A stretch of DNA of 64,000 bases from Octopus sinensis (lineage: Eukaryota): NCBI RefSeq assembly GCF_006345805.1, contig NW_021835994.1, positions 62,001-126,000 on the forward strand. The letters run 5' to 3'. Position numbers and translations under genes: made by a program. Within the stretch, counting starts at the first letter, position 1, and each line of letters begins with the position of its first letter. Shown here piece after piece: positions 54,405 to 64,000 of the stretch. Under the pieces are notes generated by a model. The model had not been told where the DNA came from. It did not search any database and worked only from the letters and a program-made list of their open reading frames with translations.

Positions 54405-54850
54405 AATCCCTCTCAAATTGGCCATTTTTGGTTTCTTCAATTTTGTTAGCCAATTTGAGAAATGGCCAATCAAAGAATAAAATCGACAATTTTTCAAAGA
54501 AACTTTTTTTTGTTCGGCGCTTATATTTTCTACAAGAAAAAGAGAAGTTAACTAAATTAGATGAATCACAGAGCGGATGTACAGGCAATTTCCATGTAAT
54601 ATCGCGAACGATATCTGCTGAAAAAACCAGCTCGTTTCACGACTGAAACTACTTCAGTTAGCGGATCAAAAATCCTGTTCTTTTTATAGGTATACTATCT
54701 TCTGATTTATTTTTCACATCATCATTATTTAGAATTCCGAAACAATTTGAAATGATACGTTGCGATACATCTTTCCATGCTATTTTAACAAATATCTAAA
54801 TATTCTTTAGTGTGAGGTTTTTATATGAACTATAAACGGATGTTGATGTT
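54405..54850 (-). mobile_element. pogo 3' remnant related to 2634-4859
   Basis: CCCTCTCAAATTGGCCATTTTTGG...CCAATTTGAGAAATGGC resembles 2641-2700; YKNLTLK..FVKIAWKDVS..ISNCF. Confidence 0.7.
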
Positions 54851-54951
54851 CTAATAAATGCGGATTCTTTTTCGAAGACGATGCTACCCAAGACCTGAAT
54901 AAAATCTATTCAAGACCACCAAATAATGCGTCTCTATTAATAATCATTCTT

Positions 54952-55120
54952 TAGCCAACGGGGCTGAAGACTATGCTTGGATGTCGGAATACAAAGGTCG
55001 TGGGTTCTATCCCGAAGGACGCAAGTTTCCAGTTGGGGTCAAGTCTTGTCACTGTTCCCACCCGTGAGGCGACGAGTGCATCTGGCACGACACAGATGTT
55101 GAAAGGGGACCTCTTATCTC
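54952..55120 (+). mobile_element. SINE 5' part with tRNA-like head
   Basis: A-box-like TAGCCAACGGGG, B-box-like GGGTTCTATCCC, then the CCCGTGAGGCGACGAGT...CTGGCACGACACAG core. Confidence 0.7.
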
Positions 55121-55855
55121 TAATCAATTTATTATTAAAATTTTATTAATCAAATTAATTAGTATTTTTAAGAATGCACCTATAATATTATAAATTATTA
55201 TCTTAGTCCACGCTGCTTTTCTTGTCGTAGTTTAGTTTATTTATTTGTGTTTGTTTTTTATTTCTATTATTATTTGAGTTAATGGATTAATATGTCACCA
55301 ATTCATTAATATTCTATAAATGAATTGTTGATTTTTGTATTATATGGTTATACTCCATGACTCTCTAATACATATATTATATTTCATTATTCAAAAAATA
55401 TTTCCCTGTTAACGGATTTCTTTTTTCCACAGGGAATTTTTTTTATTATACTGCTGGGAACAAAATATTTATGGCAGAAAAACAGCAATTCGAAATTTTT
55501 GAATATATGTCGATTTATTATTTATACATTGATTATTTATATGTCGATTTATTGTCGCGCGCAATGGATGAAACGCGTGCCTAAAGTGAAACGCTGTGAC
55601 CTTGAGAAAACCACAAAAAACCTCGAAAATAAAATTAACAATCCTTTGATGAAAACAGGAATAAAACCGAGAAATCAATTTTTTATTATTATCGTTTGAA
55701 AGATTAACATTTATTTAAATAATGGTTAGCCATTTTAAAATTACCAAAAAATTAAAAATATTTTAACCTGAAAATTTACCTGTCTAAATTTTTTAACTTG
55801 TGATTTAAATACTATTTTTTCATTTCCATCTTGATCTTTTATTTTAACTCTATTA

Positions 55856-56397
55856 CAGTCTAACCTCTTTTTGGGCACCTAGTGCCCCAAAAAGAGGGGT
55901 TTCCCCAGATAGAGGGGTTTTCTAATATTAACGAAAAAAACTAACGTTTTGTTAATTTAAAAACCAAAAGATGTTTATTCTTAATTTCATTTAACATTTT
56001 AGTCTTTACTTATCGGCAAATGATCCGTTATTTTCGCTCCGAATTGGTACTTTTAAATTAATCGATCCATTGTCAATTAATCGATCCATTGTCAAATTAA
56101 TCGATCCAAACGACCTTGTCGAGAAATGAATGTTTATCACTATTATCGGGTTCTCTGAAGCCATCAGAACCTTCACATCCATCAAAATTACATCCATCAA
56201 AACAACAGAAACACGTTATTATTAGTCATTATAAAATAAAATTCAAAAATTATAACTAAAAAATATATATATATTAAATGCCCCATAACGGGGTTTATCT
56301 TATAAAGAATAACAGAAAACTCCTAATAGAAATTCAAATTGCCCCAAAACCCGAGGGTGCCCCACGTCCGGGGTCGCCCCAATAAGGGGTTGCACTG
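55856..56397. mobile_element. pogo-like MITE
   Basis: TA|CAGTCTAACCTCTTTTTGGG ... CCCAATAAGGGGTTGCACTG|TA imperfect TIRs; internal GCCCCA repeats. Confidence 0.65.
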
Positions 56398-57049
56398 TAT
56401 TTGAAATTAAATCTTCAACAGTAAAGATTTGTTGATGATAAAAAGATTCTAATTTCGCTTCTTCGTCCTTTGATTTGTATCAAAATCTTTTTTCAGCAAA
56501 ACATTATTTCCAATTGCAATTTCTTTCAATGTTTTTGAAAAATTCGTTCCATTCTTTCAAGATATTTGTCATTTATGATAGTTTGATTTTCATGTTCTTC
56601 AATTAATTCATCATCATTATAATAAGAAATGTTATATCCTCTTGTTCGGAAAAAGCCATAAATGGTGACATATTTATAGAAGAATGAATTGAAATATTGT
56701 ACTGATATACAATTTTTTCTAACACATCCACCCATTTTTTCTGTTTGTCTGTGAGTTCTTTTTGAATCCATCTGCAAATGGTTTGATTGCAACGCTCCAC
56801 TTGTCCCTGTGATTCTGGATGTCTTGGACGTCCCCTTTTATGAATTATTTTAAATTCTTCACATAATGACGTTATTTCTGAATTAACAAATTCTGTTCCG
56901 TTGTCAGACTGCAGAATTTTGGTGGACCATAGGAAAGAAATATAGTTTTCAATGATTCCGAAACTGTAACTGCTTCTTTATTTTCTATTTTTTCAGCAAA
57001 GCAAATTTTGAATAAATATCTATGACATTCATAAGATATTTATAGGAAT

Positions 57050-58035
57050 ATTTTAGTTTATTGAATACAACGTAAAAAGTTAAACTAATGTATGTAAAGC
57101 AGAAGAACTGATGGCGATCCAGTTTCCCCTCACTATTGCTTGGGACACGTTCTGGAGGAGCCATCTCGTCTCCAGAGGATTGTGTGTTCTCAGGGTCTTG
57201 AGACGTCCAATACACATGAGGAAGCGCAACGACTCCTTCCCAATCGATCCCAGGGTTTCGACAGCAACCGGCCGGAAAACGAAACGATCGTTGAGCCCAT
57301 CATATTTCCTCTTCTTGATGTCCTCTGCTCTATCCGCAGCTGTGCCGGCATTGCAGGCACTTTCCAACATATTTGTCTTGGACAAGGAGTCGGAACATGT
57401 TGAATCCCATACGAGAGGCTTTCCTTCCAAGAACGGAAAGATAGTCATCCCGTCTGGGCGTTTTCCATCTCCTCGGTCCAATCCAGGTGGTTCCAGCACT
57501 GATGGGAATCCGATTGAATCGAGAGCTCTTCTTATAACGTCGTTGAGAGCTGAATGCCTCGGGAATCTACCAGCGCTTTTTCGACAGGAAAGGGGGTGAA
57601 GTCCAAATTGATCAATCGATGCACCACAGCGGCATTTGTGTGGTTCACAAACTTTGAGACCGATGCGTAGACAGATACCAACTCGCAGTGTGTCAGAGTC
57701 CAAGAGAGTCCCCAAGCTTCCGATCGGGAAGGCTTCCAACCATTCTCCACTCCCCGTGGACCTCCCGGCAAGCAAGCATGCCCTACGGTGTTGATTCGAT
57801 GTCTTTAGGAGACTCTCGAACCGACCTTCGCACACAATCTTGTCATAACTCTTCTGTGAGGAGAAGTCCGACGGTAGCTTCGATTCGTTTGCGCTCCAAC
57901 TGTCAAAGTAGGCAGTCATCTTAGGTAATGAAGATTCGGGGAGGAGATGGAGAATCTTCTGAACCAGAGTTTGACTGCTGTACAGTGAAGACAGGAATGC
58001 GGGGCGGGACACATCGGTAGGATTTCGGATGCCAA
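57050..58035 (-). mobile_element. 5'-truncated CRE-like retroelement with intact 310-aa C-terminal ORF
   Basis: SGEWLEAFP, LRIGL, CRCG..HPLSC, RH..LND, GKRPDG, WDSTC, PVAVETLG, AIVRGN. Confidence 0.9.
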
Positions 58036-58759
58036 GACTTCTTTTAAAGGTTTCATGTTATTTTCGGCTCTGCTGTCCAAATGTTCAGTACCAGAAGAAT
58101 CAAGCACAAACAACCATAACAAACACGTGCGTTATATCTTAATAATAAAATCAACTTGATAGCTAAAAATAAGCTATTGAATGAACCGTTCTCGAGGTTC
58201 TTTGGCTACTATGTTGACTAGTGGATATTTGTCTTTAAGGGCTGACTTCGCTGACATTTGTGGCATGATGATATTACATCCCTAATTATGTTTCGATTGA
58301 TTATGCAAAAATTATTTTTGCAATACTCTTCCATTTTATTAAATCCATAGTGATAAATTTAATGAATCCTTTCACAATGCAGTTTCATGGATTCGAAATC
58401 ATTTGAGGCAATTACCATATTTTGTTTCCATCAGATTGTTTATAATATAGCACACCTATCATTAGATTTAATAGTACCTCCAGAATTTACGAAATTTCTA
58501 CATTTTTTGAGAAAACGAAATCTTTTTAGTCTTGAAAAATCTTCTGGTATTGCATTATTTATTAAAAAATCAAGAATATTCTTATACTCCTGATCATCCT
58601 TTACAATGTTGGCAAATCTCATTTCGATAATATTATCTCAAAGTGCGCAATCATCTTTAATATTGACTTGATAATTGTCAAGAGCTTAATTGAAGGTTAA
58701 ATTCAAGGTCACGGCGTTTCACTTTAGGCACGCGTTTCTTTTATGGCGCGTGACATTTA

Positions 58760-59420
58760 TTATCGAAATTTTTGAAGAATTAATCACAATTATGGAAATT
58801 TCCCTTATGACAAATTCCTCCTTGCATCGTTTATTCAGGGAGGGATCAACAATGGCGAGGTTGTTGCCCGTCCGAATGGGACTGCTGACTAGAAGAGAAC
58901 TTTCTTTTTCGGAAACTTTTGTGCCCAAATATGCCAATTTTTTAAAGCAGTAATGGAGGCTCTTCCACTGAACTTGGAAGCAAACTCATCAAGAATAATA
59001 GACGTTTGAACCGACTCTTCACTGACTCCAAAACTGCATGCGCCCATTGTGATTGATCACTCTTCTTGATAGAAGAGAGAAGACCTCGGAGAGAATGGAT
59101 CCTCTGGCTTACATGACGCATTGCTCCACCAACTGTATCGACCGAGTCCTCAACCGTTTGTAAAGGGTTATGATCTGATATTTCGTGAAATTGCCCACTG
59201 TTTTCTATCTTCAATATTAATAGAGGAAATATAGCTTTAAGGGCATTTATTTTCGTGTTCGTTCCAGACAGGGGGATCTTGAATTTTCAATAACAGAACG
59301 AGTCTGGACATCCTCCTTGGCCGTTCTTTTTAAAGGTTTCATGTTATTTTCGGCTCTGCTGTCCAAATGTTCAGTACCAGAAGAATCAAGCACAACCATC
59401 CATAACAAACACGTGCGTTA
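58760..59420 (-). CDS. Unidentified coding fragment between the Ginger and the Helitron
   Basis: GC-richer ORF pieces 58942-59214 and 58719-58937; no family recognised. Confidence 0.3.
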
Positions 59421-59580
59421 TATCTTAATAATAAAATGGTATGGTGTGTGTCTGTCTGTGTGTGCACACCAACTTCAAATTGGCAAAGTACAGATAAATT
59501 GTCAAAATCTTTCCCCCTTATAATTAGCCAATAATGGGGAACAAGCTTAAAATCATGAACTCCTCCAAGAATCTTCCACC

Positions 59581-60560
59581 CTACGATGTCCTCGACTTAC
59601 ATGATGAGGTCCTTAAAACCTTCCCCCAAAAAAAATTAAAAAAAATTTTCTGCATTTTGGTTAAAATGAAACAACTACGATGTCCTCGACTTACATGATG
59701 AGGTCCTTAAAACCTTCCCCCAAAAAAAATTAAAAAAAATTTTCTGCATTTTGGTTAAAATGAACAACTACGATGTCCTCGACTTACATGATGAGGTCCT
59801 TAAACCTTCCCCCCCAAAAAAATTAAAAAAAATTTTCTGCATTTTGGTTAAAATGAACAACTACAATGTCCTCGACTTACATGATGAAGTCCTTAAAACC
59901 TTCCCCCCAAAAAAAATTAAAAAAAAATTTTGCATTTTGGTTAAAATGAACAACTACAATGTCCTCGACTTACATGATGAAGTCCTTAAAACCTTCCCCC
60001 AAACAAATTAAAAAAAAATTTTCTGCATTTTTGTTAAAATGAACAACTACAATGTCCTCGACTTACATGATGAAGTCCTTAAAACCTTCCCCCCAAAAAA
60101 AATTAAAAAAAATTTTCTGCATTTTGGTTAAAATGAACAACTACAATGTCCTCGACTTACATGATGAAGTCCTTAAAACCTTCCCCCCAAAAAAATTAAA
60201 AAAAAATTTTCTGCATTTTGGTTAAAATGAACAACTACAATGTCCTCGACTTACATGATGAAGTCCTTTAAAACCTTCCCCCCCAAAAAAATTAAAAAAA
60301 AATTTTCTGCATTTTGGTTAAAATGAACAACTACAATGTCCTCGACTTACATGATGAAGTCCTTAAAACCTTTCCCCCAAAAAATCAAAAAATTATTTTC
60401 TGCATTTTGGTTAAAATGAACAACTACAATGTCCTCGACTTACATGATGAAGTCCTTAAAACCTTTCCCCCAAAAAATCAAAAAATTATTTTCTGCATTT
60501 TGATTAAAATGAACAACGCGAATGTCCTCGACATTCATGATGAGGTCCATTAAAACCTTC
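59581..60560 (+). repeat. Minisatellite, ~10.5 copies of a 93-bp unit
   Basis: Unit starts at 59581, 59675, 59768, 59861, 59954, 60047, 60141, 60235, 60331, 60424 and 60517. Confidence 0.97.
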
Positions 60561-61714
60561 AAGGCAAAAATCTCACGTATTAAGAATATCCTTGATGAAA
60601 ACGACAGCGAGAATATTAACAATGATGAACTCCCAATTATTCGCGATAAAGAAATTCAATTCATCCTATGTTTTTCTCTTTAAAATTAAATGCATATATC
60701 ATTATCGACCATGAATCAAAATTAAAGCTATTATCATATTTGACTGGACAGAATGTGCAATCACAGATTGCACGACTTTGAATAGAGTGTGCAATTAACA
60801 GATTTGAAAAACTACTTTGATAGTTGAAACCACATTAGCACAATCATTAACACAATTTACCACCAATTGACAGCGCAATCAGAAGAATTTGCGTAAAAAT
60901 ATTAACTATTTAGTTAAGTTTTTCGTAAAGATAGAATTTATTTTCGTTATATGCCTCTTTTTCCTAAACTTTTTTATTACTCAAAAATAATTTTTTTCAA
61001 TCCGAGGTGCAGCCACGACACTTAATTAGCTGATTTAATTATTCTTAATATTTTTAATTTCAGTTAAACTATTTTTTCAATAGATAACCGAAGGAGGGAA
61101 GATGACCTTAAGAAAAGAAGTTTTTCGTAAAGATAGAATTTATTTTTTGTATGCCTCTTTTTCCTAATATTTTTATTATTCAAAAATAATTTTTTAAATT
61201 GGCAAAGTACAGATAAATTGTCAAAATCTTTCCCCCTTATAATTAGCCAATAATGGGGAACAAGCTTAAAATCATGAACTCCTCCAAGAATCTTCCACCC
61301 TACGATGTCCTCGACTTTTTTTTTATTTTTTAAATAGATAACCGAAGGAGGAAAAACAAAGCTGAAGAAAAAACGGTCAGCTTAAGGTAATTAATTAAAT
61401 CTTTTTTGTGTGTCGCTTTTTGGCTGCTGCTACTCTGCCTGCCGCATCTCCGCCTGCCCCATTTCCGCCTGCCCCATTTCCGCCAGTGGTTTGTCTATCA
61501 AGGTCACTAAGCTAAATCTCCGGACTATAAAGGCTCTTAAGCATTATCTTATTGGCTGTTAAAAAAATTAGACAGGTTGTTGCCGTGGCGGCAGAGATTT
61601 TTTTGTTTATACTATTTACAAATTTTTAAAGTTTTTTTTTATTTTTGTGTTTTAAATTATTTATTTTTATTTGTTTTTTTTATTTTTTTGTTATTTTCTA
61701 AAAATTTAACCGGA

Positions 61715-62172
61715 TTGAATTTTTTAACTCCTTAGATCCCTCTGGAATGCCGAATCATCTTTTAAAGTTAAAGATAGGCGTTCCAGTGGTTTTATTACGA
61801 AATCTTGCGCCACCTAAATTATGCAACGGAACGAGGTTAGTTATCAAAAATTTGATGGCTAACGTAATAGAGGCGACGATATTGACAGGTAAGTATAGAG
61901 GTGAGGATGTTTATATTCCACGAATTCCGATAATTTCTGATGAATTACCATTTAGATTTAAAAGGCTGCAATTTCCTTTGAGGATGAGTTTTGCAATCAC
62001 AATAAACAAGGCCCAGGGACAGTCATTAAAGGTAGTTGGGTTATTTTTAGAGAGTGAGTGCTTTTCACATGGACAGCTGTATGTGGGATGCTCGAGGGTA
62101 GGCAGAAGAGAAAATTTATTCATATATGCCAAGGAAGGACGGACGACAACATCGTTTATCAACAGGCGATAG
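61715..62172 (+). CDS. Helitron Pif1-like helicase C-terminal fragment
   Basis: [62 protein letters not shown]. Confidence 0.92.
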
Positions 62173-62459
62173 AATAGGGTTACATTAAACCAGGTAGTTT
62201 TACATCTACATAAACTTATAGTTGTTTGATGAAACATGCCCTCCGCAGGAGCTAGGTCGCGGTGAGCGAAGCGAGCTGCCGAGCTAGTTATGATAAAATT
62301 ATAATTAATTATCTTTAATAAATCAATCAAAGAAATGATATTGCATAAATGAATTGCTGATTTTTAAATATGTAATACGGTTTCAAAGCCAGTTAAGAAG
62401 ATATGTGTTAAAAATCCAGTCAAGACTACTAAAGGGGGGGTCAAAACTAATTATTTATC

Positions 62460-62840
62460 AATTGAACTTATTAATGCGTCCTCTCACTCGATTCTCCTCC
62501 TCTTTGAGCTAAAGCCAATATCTTCGATGGGCACGCTCTTCCATCTTACAGGGTTGGCCTCTTCTGTGGTCGTTCTCAAGTTCGACTCAATGGCCTCATT
62601 TGGCAAAGCCTCTTTGTTGTTCTATTTCATATTTGTGAAGCTTTTCCACTTCTACTTGCTTCAATTTTTTGAGAGGTGATTCCAATCTCTATAAGTGTGA
62701 TTGTGTTCCTCATTTTGTCGAGTACAAGGATATCCGGCTTGTTATTCTCAGCCTTCGTATCCGTATTAATTGTCGTGTCAACACGAATGTCCACAGAGTT
62801 ATTCGCAACCACTGATTGAACAAAGAGACTTACCAATAAT
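62460..62840 (-). mobile_element. R2/R4/NeSL-like endonuclease remnant, related to 21300-21826
   Basis: IRVDTTI...NNKPDILVLDK...LIEIGITS. Confidence 0.7.
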
Positions 62841-62899
62841 GTGTTTCTATTAATTGAGAGTGGTACTAGGCTGAGAACGATATTAAAAAACCGAAAAAT

Positions 62900-64000
62900 T
62901 CAAATCTACTTTTTCTTCGGATTTCAAATTATGAAGGAATCTAAAATTTATATGATTGTTGGATAAATGATCAAATCAGTTATCAAAGAACCAATCTGTT
63001 TATAAACACAATTATTTATTGAAAAATCGAATAAAGTTCTTTTAACAGTGTTTATTGTAAATCATCCGAGATGTGTTTCAAATTTTTTACAGTAGCGTTT
63101 GTTGTATTTGAAAAAGCAATTCGGACAAGAACTTGATTTAATGACAATTTAAATTGACAATTTTTTCGCATCAATTTGATCATATAATTGATAATTTCTA
63201 TTCTGTGGATTAGCATCAATATCTTGCCATAATAGAACATTATCCCCCACCTTAATCCACATCATAACACGCGATAAACAACCTTAATGCCGTTTTGGTC
63301 CAATTTCCGTTGTTTTCATTTTTCTCCTGCTTTTAGATTCTCGATGTTTTTTTCCTGCTTTCGTTAGATTCTCGTATGTTGATAACAAATTTTTTGTAAT
63401 ATTTTAATCATCGATAAATTCATTTTCAACAAATTGAATTTCTGCATCAACATCTTCTCCATTAATGCGCAGAGAGCTTCTATTTCTTCATCACTTGGTG
63501 CATAAATGCCTTTTACTCCCATAAAGATATTGAAAGGAATATGCTTTGTTGTTGCATGTCGTGAACGATTATAGTCGTAATCAATTCCTTTGATAATATC
63601 TTTATTGACGCCAAAATTTCTATTAGAACTACTTGTAGGTGAAATCCACCTTTTGATAGATTGATTAAATCTAAAAAGTTTGATAATTTATTTACTGTAG
63701 TTTACCTTTCAACCTGGCAATGAATCTGAGATGCTCTGGGCCTTACACAAACATGTTTTATTTTCATTTTTAGCAAATTTTATTTACAAGGGAATTCTTA
63801 AATTCCTTCCCGTTATCTGTTTTTAGAATAACTGGGAGGCCAATTGTGTAATAAATATTTTGTAATAAAGAAGAAATCTCAACAGCAAATTTATTTTTAA
63901 CCAGCTCAACAACACCAAATTTGGAAAATGAATCAATAAGTACAAGAATTTGAATCATTCACCTCAACATATCGACGCAAATCAACAAGGTCGACAATTT
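62900..64000 (-). mobile_element. Ginger-type integrase remnant running off the window
   Basis: VDLVDLRRY, LIDSFSKF, ILKTDNGKEF, YNRSRHATTK. Confidence 0.8.

Larger units (their letters stand above)
55553..58755 (-). mobile_element. Ginger-type integrase transposon with both termini, carrying nested MITE and CRE insertions
   Basis: ~52-bp imperfect TIRs TGTC...GAAACGCGTGCCTAAAGTGAAACG..GTGACCTTGA; 5-bp TSD TTTAT; CHHCH, RER|YQVD, VIDIYSKF, LQSDNGTEF, SQGQVER. Confidence 0.88.
59423..62287 (+). mobile_element. Non-autonomous Helitron
   Basis: A|TC start followed by AATAATAAAATG..TGTCTGTCTG; GC-rich GCGAAGC hairpin then CTAG|T end; no TSD; internal Pif1-like helicase fragment. Confidence 0.85.

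Noticed and set aside
54952-55020. Functional tRNA gene
   Set aside because: No convincing acceptor stem, and it runs directly into the SINE core.
59581-60560. CRISPR-like array
   Set aside because: Units are contiguous and near-identical with no unique spacers; eukaryotic context and no cas genes.
1-64000. Fanzor/TnpB or other RNA-guided nuclease next to the IS630-like elements
   Set aside because: No RuvC plus zinc-finger motif set was recognised in any ORF; a profile search would be needed to exclude a highly degraded copy.

Overview
AT-rich eukaryotic (very likely animal) nuclear DNA in the standard genetic code, with extremely short spliceosomal introns (about 21-32 nt) and very short intergenic spacers. 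This is most compatible with a dicyemid mesozoan or a similarly compact ciliated animal; that identification is inference. Recognisable host genes: NOC4L, an RGS22-like gene, DNAJA-type Hsp40, OMA1, DHX34, GBA2, TATDN1, cornichon, CFAP52 and a broken adaptin mu gene. These are interspersed with dense, nested transposons: IS630/Tc1, pogo/Tigger, two hAT groups, Ginger-type integrase elements, CRE-like and other non-LTR retroelements, a tRNA-derived SINE, MITEs and a minisatellite-bearing Helitron. Many single-base frameshifts sit in otherwise conserved genes and look like assembly indels, so gene ends are approximate. Main leads: (1) two CRE-like retroelements whose 3' junctions fall at the homologous codon of two different Ginger integrases; (2) transposases of three superfamilies carrying host-sized mini-introns, at conserved positions in two hATs; (3) two diverged hATs sharing a GTGATRAC target; (4) a stand-alone Tc1-type HTH gene that looks domesticated; (5) ~140-bp duplications flanking TE fragments; (6) a Helitron minisatellite that reads as a 31-aa repeat ORF.
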